Positions 25,453 to 38,411 of a stretch of DNA of 64,000 nucleotides are shown here, piece after piece. The notes below the pieces were generated by a model, which saw only the letters and a program-made list of their open reading frames with translations, had not been told where the DNA came from and searched no databases. The translations under genes and the position numbers were made by a program. The DNA comes from Tubulanus polymorphus (Eukaryota; Animalia; Nemertea), in the NCBI RefSeq assembly GCF_964204645.1, contig NW_027437443.1, positions 53,739 through 117,738 of the forward strand. Reading direction: 5' to 3'. The stretch's first letter is position 1; every line of letters begins with the position of its first letter.

Positions 25453-27990
25453 TGAACAGCATTGAAATAAACCTGATCGGGGATAATTGCAGATTTTTTT
25501 CAAACTTTGATTAGTTTTAGACGGACATATAGTTATGTACAATATAATTGAGTATTTATGTTATTATACATTTTATGCAGCTGTTGATTGAGAAGTTGTT
25601 TTAGATGTTATAAAGAAGCATAACCAGAGTTAATAGATATGTATATGATGGACTCTGCGTGCTCAGATCAAATCTAATTTAAGCATTATCGGAAGAGTTG
25701 GTTGGGGACATGTATATACTAACCTGGTACTTTATTTCATATGTACGGGGTCAGAAAGATATTTTGATAAATTTTCTTCCAAGATGATATGGTATCGGAG
25801 TTGGTTTGATTTAATAACACAAGAAACTGCATATACACAGGTTAGAAAAGTATCAATGTAACGAAAATTCTCTATATACTACTTCACACACATGTGTAGG
25901 GTCGGAAAGATATTTTAACAGATTTTCTACCAGGTTGAATTGTATCAGAGTTCGTAGATTTGGTTAGTTGATTGCGGAGATTTGACGCGGAGATACATAG
26001 ATAGCCTACTACTTTAAAGTTATCTATAAACAAACCACTGTTGATTGAAAGATGATAATGCATTCTACTAGTGGTTCGGTCGGTTATAGTTCAAATGTTT
26101 CTATTCACAGATAACTCTCAGGCTTATATAATGAAATGCACTTTTTCATATAGTTGAGGCTGTATAGTGAAGCTTGTCTGCTCTCACTTATTTATTCTAA
26201 GTACATGTTTTTTTCGACATTGTAAATGTAAAAGACGTTGTGATATAAACTACATGTATTTTATATGTTAGTTGTAAAAACTGTTTTTTCGTCTCAATGC
26301 GGTGACCAAACAACTGAGATTTTATTGAGCGATCAGATTCGTTTTTAGTTTTAATTTAGTTTTACTCTGTGTGCGTGGCAATGTGCTAATCTAAGCTAAG
26401 CATAGAATCTTGTATTATCTTTAAAGCCCATGGCAAGGATATGTTTTTCCTCGTGAAAAACGTTTTCAGTCTGTTTGTTATGTGGTGTGTGTTGAAGTCA
26501 AAACAGACAACAACGAACAGAAAAACGTTTTTCGAGAAAAAAGCGCCTGCCTTTTTTTCACCCCGAAAACATTTTTTGTCCTGCGTGCGTTGGATGTTGT
26601 GTTTTGCAAAACAACCACAACTGAAAAACAAATCGACGAGCACCGCTGCATCACATGACATGACACAAAAAATTGAATTGAATAACTTCAGTGTATTCTA
26701 CCCTTTTCTATGTGTTTTTGTTATAAATGCCATGAACCTTTTACCATCTGCGGGTAAAACTGTACTCAAAACGTATTGTGAAGAATATGTTTTCTATTTT
26801 GATGAAACAAACATTTTGCCGTGTGGGCTTAACACAGTGAAAGCATCGAGACGACGTAGTTAACTGTTGCAAGCATTTCATAAGTCTTCAGATTTATAAT
26901 AATGGTGCTGTTGTTTAATGTTAATATGTATATATGTCATACGTTAGCGCGAGTCTAAATATAAATTTATGCTTTGATGTATTTAGAAGAGAATGATTGT
27001 TTCTGATTATAAAGGACTCGAGAAGAATAAAAGTGACCGAGTTAGTGAAATATCTTTCATATTCATAGCAAGCAATTTATCTTGGCAGCATTAGCATATC
27101 TTTCGTGATGAAATAAAATCGCGTTGAATTCTAGAAACTGTAGTCATCATCTAAATTCTTTTGAAGGAATCCGAAATAAATACCGTATTCGATACCCCGT
27201 CAAGGCTGGTTTATTGTTACCGCAGGAGTCTTAGAAGGTAGCAGCATCATTGTAGGTCCATAGCCAGCCATATCTTTGGTCCTGGGAGAAGCTGTGCGGA
27301 CAGTTTTGAAAATGAGATGCAAAGAGAAGTAATTTCACAACTCGCACATTTCAATGAGTGGGTTTTAACCCCTAAATACAGGCCTGCATTGCACTTTCAC
27401 TGTCTGCAGGGAAGAAAATCAGTGTTTAATAAGGTGATTGCTCTCTTGTAGAGGGGCAAGTCCACAATTTTTTGCGAGATAACAAAAACATTTATGTCTA
27501 ATTATTTATATTGAATTTATTTACATAATAATGATGAATACATACAATGTACACACACGCACGTCACACAATGTACAATAAAATATTTAACATTGTTCAT
27601 TTTAATGTCGACGAATTCCACAAAATTGAAGGAATGGGATTTTCTTGACAACATCCGAAATATTGGACCATTTCCATATAATTTTCATGAAACTAACTTA
27701 CAATAAATGTTTATAACCGGTACATATTGATATATTAATAGTCCACATCCTTTTGATTACAGGGCAACTTTAAACCGATACATATTTTATCTTCATTTAA
27801 AATGTCGAGTACGAATTTATGTCGAACTTTATTTTATCGCGCTACTACACGAAGATTGATTCAATTCATTCAACGCAAAAATGATGGACAGCAATGATGG
27901 AATTAGTTGAAGAGTTGTCCACACGACATCCCAGTTGACTAGCAGTTGTAAAGATAATGCTTCGCTATACAGTCAGTAGTACACGGAGTC

Positions 27991-30900
27991 TCACGTTCTT
28001 ACTTGAAATTTCCCGGCTTTCGTTACGTATTTTACGCCCTTAAATGGTTTGTACTTCTGCAAGAAAAGCAAATTGAACTGAGAATTGAACTGGCTACTGA
28101 AATGTGGCCCAGAAAGACGAGTATAGCAGAATTTTAGAACTTACTTCTCCGTACATGTCTAATCTATTGACCTTGATTCCGGATACTGCTAACTGAGCTA
28201 TCTGAAATCGCACCTGAAATTAAGGATAAAACATTTAAAAGACATCATTCAATTATCAGGAACCCATCAACAAGCAAGACTACGAAAAATAGAATTTTGT
28301 CCTACCGTTATTGCTGGATTTGATTCTGGCACTGGACATCCGCTTTGAAGACTTATCTATAACCAAAAGAATAAGTAATAATTTCAAACAAAATTCAACT
28401 ATCAGGGTGGCTTCTCTATTTGACTCGCTTTACCCCCCGACTATTCCCTGACTTGTTTTTCCTGACTTGATCTGCCAACAATCCAATCAATTAACACAGG
28501 CAAACGTGTAAGACATAGACGGAAACTGTTTGATTTTACCTGCGATCTTACTATCTCGCTGAACTTTCCCTGATTTTTAGCTTTTCTGCAAAATTCCCTG
28601 ATTTTCAGGTGAAGTAGCCACTCTGAATCATTGCATTCAATAACCATCATTCAGAGGCCTGTCTCAAAATACTTACACTTCCGCGAATACTCGGTAGTTT
28701 GGAGACTTCGATTTTGCCGACGTCCCACGTCATGATTTTTGAAACGGGATCGAATGAGTATTTTCCTTGCGTAGGCGTTAACGTGACGTTCAATACTGGT
28801 TTCGGAAATGGAATCTCTATTACAACTTTCTCAACCTGACGGAAAAAACCGAAAAGAATTTTACCGACCTACTATATACCATGCACAGTTCTTGTTTCTC
28901 ATTTCTGGTGAGCTTAGAAGTTGACCTGGCCGGCCATCTATATATATATATATATATATATACCCTGTACACAACTTTTTTTAAATCATGATCAAGGTAA
29001 CCATAACAGACCCGGTTGTTATATATAGAAATGAACTGATTACAAATTTCATCGCAGTTTACAAAATGACCCCACTGATTAGGAGAAACAAGATATCATT
29101 ATTTTTAGTTCTTTTACATAAGTTTTTGCCTTTTTTCATTTTACCGCTCAACTGCCCCGACTTTCGACTCACCGTTTTTCCCATCGTTTGTTTTGGTCCG
29201 ACAGTAATATCTAATCGGCCGCCGCTGCCTTCGCGGAACTGTATCGTATGACGTAAGTAAACAGGAATTGCCACTAAACTAAAATAGCAGAAGAACATCG
29301 AACGTCGCTTTTACAAAATGGATAAATATAAACCATCATCGATTGACTGGATCATATTTCGGCACTTACTTCTGCGCTCCTATATGATACGAGATCAGCC
29401 TGAAATTACCATCAGGAGGAACAAATGACAAAATCTTTTCATTCTGTAAAAATCGACAGAAATCAAAACATATTATAACTCAACAGATGCTCAAAAATGA
29501 TTATTTACAAGTATACGCCAACAAAATCGTCCGAACTGTCAATCACGTTTTATTCGTACCTCCCATCTTTTGAATCGCACGCACGGATGAAAACTAACGT
29601 CGTCGAGAAGCCGCGGATTCATAAACGAAAGCGTCAAATCGGGCATTCCGGTCAATTTGATCAGACAATCAATCTACAAACATAGTAATGTAACGACAAT
29701 ATTCACTTCGAGTTACGGTTAATTTGGTTTGTGAAGTTCTCGGTTTCGATACTGACATAGCCTTGAATTTCGGCGCAAACGGTCGATCCCGATTTGTCGA
29801 TGATGGCATCGATTTCTTCGATGACGTCGAAATACGCCTCGTTATTCGTATATTTGACTCCCGTTCGTCTCCACGGTACGTTAGACAATTGACCAGTGGG
29901 CAACGTAGCGCTGACGCTGAATCAGAGAAAATAGCATAAACACATCTACAAAACTGAAACTATCGACAAAGAAAATATCATGTCATTTCTGAAGTAAAAC
30001 ATCAGGTACATTTGCCAGAATAAACCGATTAGGTTTTGGTTTAGTTAGTTTAGAAGTTACTGAAACCTGTTTATGCATGGTAATAACATATGCAACGATT
30101 TTGATTTTTGGTTGAGATGGCAGATGTAATCTCTCTATGTTTGAACCTGTCGCTATCTTGAGTCAGTTCACCGGGTACTTCATTCGGGAAACCAATTTGC
30201 TCTGAACAAATGCACCTCTTGATACAATCAAACTTGGTTAAGTCATTAATATACCAAGAGATTAAAAAAATCCGCAGAGTTTCTGTCAAATTCACTTTTC
30301 AAGAGAAATTATTCTTTGATTTCACAAAATCATGCATGAAATTTGTCAAATTGATAGTTCACAAAAAAGCTATTATCCCCCTAATAAAATCACTTTTAAG
30401 CCATCTCTATTCTCTTCATACCAATTTTGTACATCAAGATCAATTCAATAAGTGTTAAATACAAGTCATAATGATGGTTGCAACGAGTTTGACTGAATAA
30501 TATTTCTCTTTCTTCGCGTACTTATTTGATTTTCCAGTGACAGTGCTAGCGATTTGTCGCAGTAAATTCGGTGGTTTGATCAGTTCTTTGAGAATGTTCG
30601 ATTCGGTCGCCAACGGGAAACCGTTGTCCAACATCTCGTCCAAGATTTCGTAGACGATGACGTAGTTTTCTTTGATCACCGATTCGGTCGCTTCTTCGAA
30701 ATAGTCTTCCAAAATATCCATAACTCGATGTAGAAACTCGATGACGAACAACGGAGGAACTGAAAATTCATATAATAATATTGTATGTGTATGTTAGACA
30801 TTGCATTACTTCTCTCTCTCTCCTTTTATAATTTTTCTTTTATTGCACATCTTTTTGTGTTTTGTCTGTTTGTTGTTATTGTTGTTTTCCTTCATTCACA

Positions 30901-33547
30901 ATCTTATACTTTGGATTCATGCTGAATAAATTGAAATTGAAATTATAGAAGATCTACTCTGACAATTCTGCGAAAGATCAGAAATGTTCACAACGCAGCG
31001 AGTCCCTACAGATCAGTCATTCCTGGATATATGTGGAGTTTTCAAGGAGTTTTAAAGAAGTAAATTTCAAATTTTGAGGAAGTGTATGCATCACTTTTAT
31101 ATATCCCAATTACAGTACACTCCTCCTAAATCAGTACTGTTTATTTCGGTAAACTGTAAATTTGATGGTTTCGTAAGCAAACTTTACACTACTAAACTTT
31201 ATTTCTAATTTGGTTACCATCTAATTAGGTGAAAAAAAAATCCTGGTCCAAACTGTAGTCTACTGTACAATTACAAACTAGACAAGAATTTCTAATTGCC
31301 TATTTCTAGAAATTGAGGAGTTTTTGGCATTTTTCTCAAATCAAAGGAGTTTCAAGAACCTTTGAAACCGTTTTCCATTTAGAAGGAGTTTTTAGGAATC
31401 AAGGAGTCGTAGGGACCCTGACATCGTAGCCTGACAGCTGAAAGCGATGCAGATTGCTCCAGTTGGATAGGCCTACAGTTCAGCATCAAGTTATCTATAC
31501 TTGAACAGTGTTTTTACGTATTTTACCTTCTGTTGTGACGACGGCCACTACAAACATGTGGTTCCTGTGGATATTGATCAAATAATGATGTGGAGTAGCA
31601 ATCACTGGTGGAACATCATCATTGCAAGCAGCCTATAATCAAAATATTTAACAGAAACTTTAAAACAACTACTGCGAACTCAGTTTCACAAATCAGAGTA
31701 AGATTAATCTCATTAAGACACAACAGGGGAACGAGGCCGGCTGCACCATCTAAAAACAGAACCATCACCAAACTAATAAAAAACAATACAACCCTTCAAA
31801 GATAGTAATAAATTGTTGCGTGGGAGTTTTAAGGGAGGTAGAAGTACTTTTGGTTACATGGATGAAGGAATAATGATTTTCAGATATTAAAAATGTCATG
31901 ATAGGTCCATGTGGATTAATCATCAAAATGTTGTAAGCCAAAATATCGTAGTTCAAAAACAGCTGACAAAGTCGGGTCTGCCAATTGAAATAAAGATAAT
32001 CCGGATGGTTGGGTTCACCAGAATCATAGAGCATTATAGAGCACAGTGGATCCAACCACTTCCAGGGTTGGGTGAATTAAGCCGAGCGTTCAAATTGTAA
32101 CTACCTCGATTCCTCCCTTTTAAAATTGACCGGCATTAAACATAATACAGGAATTAGCTCAAAATTAAATCAAATACCGAAATAGTCTTTTATTTTTCAT
32201 GTAGGCCTTCTTTTATTTCAGTCAGAGTAAGCTATGTTAATGTAAGCTATAGGCGCTATATACCTTATTCTGTGCCTCAAAAAAGTAATCACATATTGAT
32301 CGATGTATGACACTCTTCCAATGCTTCTCAAGGAAAACATCCCTGAAAAAAACAGCACATTCTTTTTCATTATCGGCTTAAAATGAGGCAATAAGTTACG
32401 TCATCACTGCAGCGGTTTCAACATTTTCACAGACCACAGGGGCTTGTATTTGGTGAATTAACAGATTATTATTTATACATAAACCAAAAACTCCAATGCA
32501 AGATAACCAGGAAGAAAAATTCAAGTCCATCAACAAACTCCTGTGATTCACCAGGTCCAGGGTAGGGCTAGTTAGTTACCTAATCGTTGGTGGTAAGCTT
32601 TTTATAATCGGATGGGCTTATACCAACGTTAGGGATGACAAGGACCAAAACACGGTTGAAAAAAGTAACACTTCAAAAATATACTTTCTATCCACTTCAG
32701 TCCACAATAAATGGCTTAATTCACAAACTAACACAGGTACCTTTCGAAATAATCCAATTCTATGTATGTTTCGAGTGATTAATCAACATTATATTGAGAA
32801 ATTAATTAATTTCCTTACAAATTTCGCCATTGGCCGCCATTTCTCTGTATTGCACATGTGGCATGATAAGACAAGGGGACCTACAAGGATTTAGATAAAA
32901 CTTTCAAGACGAAACGACAATTTTTACTTTTGATGGTTTTCCAACCTATATTTCAAATCTTCGTGTTTTCCATTATAAATAATGAAATAATAAATTCTGG
33001 TAAAAGAAAAATGTGAATAAGTGTTGATTTCTTAATATTTTTCAATTTCGTCGTTTCGCTTCGTTAGTTTGTGCTGTAGTCCTGGCCTCAGTCCACAGGT
33101 GCCAGCACCTCCAGTAATTTTCAAAATGGCAGCTGTTGACTCTACGGAAATTTACTCTCACTTTACGGCCGATTTGCACATGGATTAAGATCGTCAGGTG
33201 AGGTGTTATAGGTATCAGACAAACTACGAATCTGTTGTGTGTCGATTATAACAAAAATTTGACGGATATCTTAAGAGACAATGAAATGCCAGGCAAATTA
33301 CTCGTCAGTCAAATTGGCTGACGAAGATTTCATACAAAAATGACCTTCCCATTCCTGACTGTGGTTTGTGAAAATATCCGATCGTGAAACTAAACCACAG
33401 ACAGGTTACTGACTAGGGTAGGGCCAGGGGCCCAAACTTCAAAAATAGGCCGAGCTCCTCCGACCGAATTTCATTAAATTAGTACCAATAATCTAATGAT
33501 TCGGTTACTTACCCAGAATTATTGATAAGAAATAAACTGTGAATCAT
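27991..33547 (-). CDS. AP3M1: AP-3 complex subunit mu (about 12 exons; first 33547-33513, second 32342-32264)
   Basis: MIHSLFLINNSG/DVFLEKHWKSVI, VIEFLHRV, YEILDEMLDNGFPLATESNILKELIKPP, WRRTGVKYTNNEAYFDV and C-terminal YKPFKGVKYVTKAGKFQVRT*. Confidence 0.96.
28938..28962. repeat. (TA)n microsatellite
   Basis: Directly visible. Confidence 0.9.
31001..31420. mobile_element. Composite MITE containing a nested TA-CAGT...ACTG-TA (Tc1/mariner-like) MITE at 31111-31267
   Basis: Outer ends agtccctacaga / gtagggaccctg; inner tacagtacactcc...gtagtctactgta. Confidence 0.65.
32569..33415. mobile_element. 847-bp non-autonomous DNA transposon with TAG...CTA termini and 9-bp TSD GGGTAGGGC in AP3M1 intron 1
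   Basis: Imperfect TIRs tagttagttacct / aggttactgacta; TSD at 32560-32568 and 33416-33424. Confidence 0.85.
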
Positions 33548-33726
33548 TTTCTAAATTCAATATTTAACCTGGGTGGGCGTTTGATACAGGAATCTCAGCA
33601 AAACAGGCATCAAAATTTCATGAAAATAAATTTTTGACAACCCGGAAATCGTTGTCTTGTCATCGGAACACGGCACGGACGGACACCCGGAACCGGGCAC
33701 ACGGATGCGGAATACGAATCGTGATC

Positions 33727-33740
33727 GTTACCATGACAAC
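33727..33740. promoter_or_regulatory. RFX X-box in the AP3M1/LRRIQ3 bidirectional promoter
   Basis: GTTACCATGACAAC, near the palindromic X-box GTTNCCATGGNAAC; a YY1-like ATGGCCGCC lies just downstream. Confidence 0.65.
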
Positions 33741-34243
33741 TGAACAACAATATGGCCGCCACCTGTCAAGAAGGAAAGCAAAGAGGAATAAAAAAATGTG
33801 AATAAATGAACTAATTTGATAAATATGATTGATTATCATTACTTGTTGTTGATAAGAAATGTATAAAATTTACTTTTGGAATCATCCTCGTTCGGCCTAT
33901 ATTTTGTTAAATTTAATACTTGCAGGCTGAATCGAATGAAATGTCAATTATGATGTAATTATATTTATAATAGATTATTTGTTGGCATTTTTTATCTTAA
34001 ATTAAGATTTCATCGTTTCAAATTTGTTTATTTCATAGCCACCATACAGGAGCAGAGAGGGACCTCGGCTTGGTGCAAGAATTTTTGACTCAGTATCCTG
34101 GATGCCATATATGAAAACTGTTTTTGTTAAAATGGTGTCACAGATATCGGGTTCAAAAAATTTTCCTGTCAATTTCAATGATTTAATTTCCACACAGGTT
34201 GTAGACAAAACTAGGATAGGCTGAAATTAATAAAGAGCTGAAA

Positions 34244-37200
34244 ATGGTGAGCATTCCGGACTGGTCGAAATTTGCTCGTCTACAGGACGCAGGAAATAAT
34301 CAAACACAATCGACTCAAAGCAAATATTATAAACAACGAGAATACGATGCCATCAGACAGGCGGAAAAACACGGATATTTCTTCAAGCCGGACGTCGATT
34401 TTCTGTTGGAAAGATTTGGCGAGTCCGTTCGTTCGGTCGACATCCGCGATATTCATTATATCAGATATGTTCAACTCGATGGCGTACATCTCCGTCATCT
34501 CGGCGATATAAGCGTATGCATGCGTTTGAGGATATGCGATTTAAGTAATAATTACATCACCAGATTCGACGCTCTCGGGACGTGTCGGCAACTCATCAAA
34601 CTAGATCTACATGGTAATCAGGTGAGTTGGAGATTGACGGCAAAAAGGCAAAGATATGAATTTTGTGCCTCTAAGAAAATGGCGGTGGGGAATTCAGGGC
34701 CCAGTTTCACAAAAAGGATTAAGGCCTAAATCGATTTAAGATAAACTGAATTAATGAAGGAATTAAATCGATTTAAGAGTTAAACCTTTTCGTGAAACTG
34801 GGCCCAGTGATACTACTGCTCTTAACCCTTTCAGTGCGTCTACACCGCAGTGCGGTGTATGAATCGATGATGGATTTTGCTCGTACACCGCACAGCGGTG
34901 TATTGATGTTATCAGTAATTAATTTCTATCTCTATTGAAAGAAAGCAGCACCTGTCAAACGTAGTGTAATAGACCTACTAGTAACTAACAATACACTGCA
35001 CCGCGGTGTAGACGCACTATGGTGGTAATCCCGTTATTCAGCACACTAGGGTGAGATTTTTCAAAATTTTCAAAAAGGCTAAGATATGAATTTGGTGCCT
35101 GTCCTGTGGCATGGTGGATAAGGTGTTTGACTCACAACCGAGAGGTTGAGGGTTCGAATCCTAGTGAAACCATGCATTCAGGCAGGACACATATCAGTGT
35201 TCGTCGACTCACTGATTAAAAAAAAAAAAAAAGGCGCTGTGGGACAATGCCCAACTACGGGTCCTCCACATTACTCTAAAGAAGAAGAAGCCTCTAAGAA
35301 AATGGCGGTGGGGAATTCAGTGATATTACCGCCCTTAAGATGACAAGGATTTAATAACTTTCTTTAGAGCAGCCTAACCTGGGCCCAGTTTCACGAATAA
35401 GTTAAAGCTTAAAACGGTTAAGTTTGAATTGTTGTCCTCATTGAAAACATGAAGTAACCAATAGCGATTACACCAAAAATTTGAGTTAAACTCTTTTGTG
35501 AAACTGGGCCCTGACCCTATCCAATGCTCATTCCCCTTAATCGCTTGTTTACTCACCAATTCCATGCACATCTATTATCTTCTACAGATCGCCTTCGTTC
35601 CGAGTATAGCTTTTTGGTCCGGGCTGAAACACTTGAAGATACTTTACCTGCACGACAATCCGATCGGACGTATCGAAAACATTCATTATCTCGGCGCTAC
35701 TCGTCGCCTGTCGTTGTTAACGCTACACGATACGCCGCTCAGTTTAAAGAAGAACTATCGACATCACGTCGTTAACAGTATTTGGTCGTTGAAAGCGCTG
35801 GATAATTTCGTCATTTCCGACGAGGAGATCATCGAAGAATCGGCGTTCGGCGGAAGGTTTTCAACGATGCATCCGGCTTTCTATATTAATTTATCACCCG
35901 CGATACCAAAGGTATGTTACGTAATCTGCATTGAGTTTATCGCGGAGAGTCGAACTTGCTTTAGTCATTCATAGGTGGGACTACACCATTATGACTTTAT
36001 GAAGTTTTACAGTAATAAGAATTTCTCGTGTCTAATCCCTGCCTTTTCACCAAGCTAGAGATTGTTAAAACCCTCAAATTTCACATTCATCCTCTCGGAA
36101 ATGTCAGGATGTCTTTCCCCCATTCTCTGCACCATGTCCAGCCTCTGCTGTGTCTAACTTATTCTTTTGTTTCGTCATTCCGTAGGATTCGACTTACGTA
36201 GAACACTTGACAATCATACAACATTTGATCAGTGAAATCAATCTGATAATGGCACGTCACTCACCAGTTCTTATAATACAGCGCTATATCAGAGGATATC
36301 TAACTAGAAAGCGCTATAAACTAGTTCAGGACACTAGAGTTTGGTAAGTATTTCTTCAAATCTTGATTATCCAATTCAACTTACAGTAAATCACAAACTT
36401 CGATCTAACATTACATTTCAGTTTGAGAATTTGATCTTAATCTTGATTACCTTGAACATTCATCTCAAATAGTCCGGCTTCTTATTATTGTAATCTATAG
36501 AAATTTTTTTCTCTATCAGGGCTGCGATCATTATCCAGAGAAAGTGGCGAGACTACAAGGGTCTACCTCAGTTAACCGCGCGATCGGAAAGAATTCCTCC
36601 CCCGCCGAGTTCATCGCCTGTGAATTGCGAAGGAGAACCGAAAATATTAAAGAATGAACCAGAAAATCTCACTCTAGATTCACCGCTAGCAGAAGAGACA
36701 GTCCGCCCGAGTTCAACGCCAGCGCTTAGCGAAAAACAATTACAAGGAGACGTGAGTGAAAACTATTAATAAAACACAGGGTTGACGATAATCTATAGGG
36801 AACCTCTTGTTGATAACAACGAAAAAATAATATCGAGTCCGAAAATCTTCCCTAGTAGTTCATTCGACCTTTTGACTACATTCTATTAATAGTCATGTTC
36901 AGGAATAATGCCGATAACTAGTCGAAACGTCGATTAAACTACTAGCTGTAGGAAAGATTTTCGGACTTGATATAATTTCTTCCTTATTTCTGTGGGATAC
37001 TCTATAGATGTGATCTGATTTCAGTTGATCAACTTATTTCGTAATGTTTCAAGACATAGATATCAATTCCTACGTTTTGTTTTTCCAGGGAGAACCACGA
37101 CCGACACCTGAATTAGGTTACGTTCGATCGGCCGGCTCAAAACCATCATCCCGATACAAATCATTACATATCAACTTGAGCAAACTACAGACCAGTACTT

Positions 37201-38411
37201 TACAAACTCTTCAGAACGACGCGCAAGTTTTCGAGTCGCAAATGTCTGAAAGACCGGACGCTCTTCCGGCAATAGCATATCTGACCCCACGCCGACAGAG
37301 GAAAGAAACCAAGCCAATACTACACGATAAAACTGCTACAAGTAAATGCCAAGATAAAATCATTCAAAGGACGAAACAATCGTTCGCGCCAGTAATATCG
37401 GCATCTTCGACTCCTCCCGAGACGAGGATGAAATTCGCTTTGTATGAATCCGTTGAGCAGACGGAAATCCCTGAAACTCAGTTTCGTTTACGCGGCTACA
37501 AACCGATCATATATCGTATCGATCCGCTGGCCGAGTTGATAATATCGCGACAAGAGGTCGCGAACGATATCCGAGATGCCGAGGACGAACACCACAGGAG
37601 ACAGCAAATGATACCGAAACCGAGGATTATTCCGCGAAAAGCGAAAAACAACGGCGATCGATTCTTCGCGAAAACGCAAGGAACGATGGGATTCTCGTGT
37701 TTGCAAGCGGTTCAGAACGCGTACAAGGAGCGCGCGCGCGCTGAACGAACAGCGATCAAGATGGAACGGATAATGAATCGACGAGACGACCGCGACGCCG
37801 CCAAACAGAGAATCAAAATCTACCAGGAGGAAAAACGTCAGAATATCCTGAAGCAGCGTCGACGCGAGAACGCGCGAGTCGTTGAACTGTTAGAACAACG
37901 AGAAGTTCGTCGTCTCCACGACGTCGACCGAGCTCACGAGATCCGAAATAAAGTGAAAGAAATGGCGAAAAATCTACTGAACGAATATACTTTCGTTAGC
38001 GATTTCTGTACGCAGCACACTTCAGTGTCGAACGCGCTCACCAGACACGACAGACAGGTGAGACGTGAGGATTCGCTGAACGATAATAACGATCGCGTTC
38101 AAGCGAATCGCGACATCGAAATGGAACAACAAGACGTCATCAACCGATACTTGGAACATCGGCAGTTGACGCGGCAAGCCGAGAGCGCCGTGGCTCGTGA
38201 GGCTTTAGAAACGAAAATACTAAAGGACGCCAACGATAGAATGATGCAAGCTCATGCCCGGGTCGAACAACTGCGCAGTTTAAGGAAGAAAGCTCGCGAA
38301 ATGTGTCCGCTGCCTCCAGAGAGTCGGTTGTCGTACCCAGCAGAAGAACTCGGACCTCCTATTAGCAGCCGTTTAGGCAAACACCCTCAACAATCAACTT
38401 TCATTCAGTAA
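34244..38411 (+). CDS. LRRIQ3: Leucine-rich repeat and IQ domain protein, LRRIQ3-like; exons 34244-34621, 35588-35911, 36186-36343, 36520-36751, 37089-38411
   Basis: LRRs (LRICDLSNNYI, LIKLDLHGNQI, LKILYLHDNPI), LRR cap YRHHVVNSIWSLKALD, two IQ motifs (IIQRYIRGYLTRK, IIQRKWRDY) and a coiled-coil C-terminus. Confidence 0.8.
34698..34806. mobile_element. GGGCCCAGTTTCAC-type MITE (second copy at ~35380-35511)
   Basis: TIRs gggcccagtttcac / gtgaaactgggccc in both copies. Confidence 0.75.
34822..35018. mobile_element. piggyBac-like MITE fragment with internal inverted repeats
   Basis: Begins TTAA-CCCTTTCAGTGC; agtgcgtctacaccgcagtgcggtgtat pairs with atacactgcaccgcggtgtagacgcact; the outer right TIR is not evident. 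Confidence 0.6.
35101..35290 (+). mobile_element. tRNA-derived SINE with a LINE-derived 3' tail
   Basis: A-box TGGCATGGTGG (35107), B-box GGTTCGAATCC (35151), CTCACAA anticodon-like loop, short body, A-run, then 56 nt matching the LINE tail at 21378-21433. Confidence 0.88.

Noticed and set aside
26386-26863. Overlapping ORFs of 91-140 aa between FBXW5 and AP3M1
   Set aside because: No recognisable motif or splice structure; composition fits a long 3' UTR.
35101-35172. tRNA-Val(CAC) gene
   Set aside because: A and B boxes are present, but the anticodon and acceptor stems do not pair properly and the sequence continues into a LINE-type tail; it is a SINE head.
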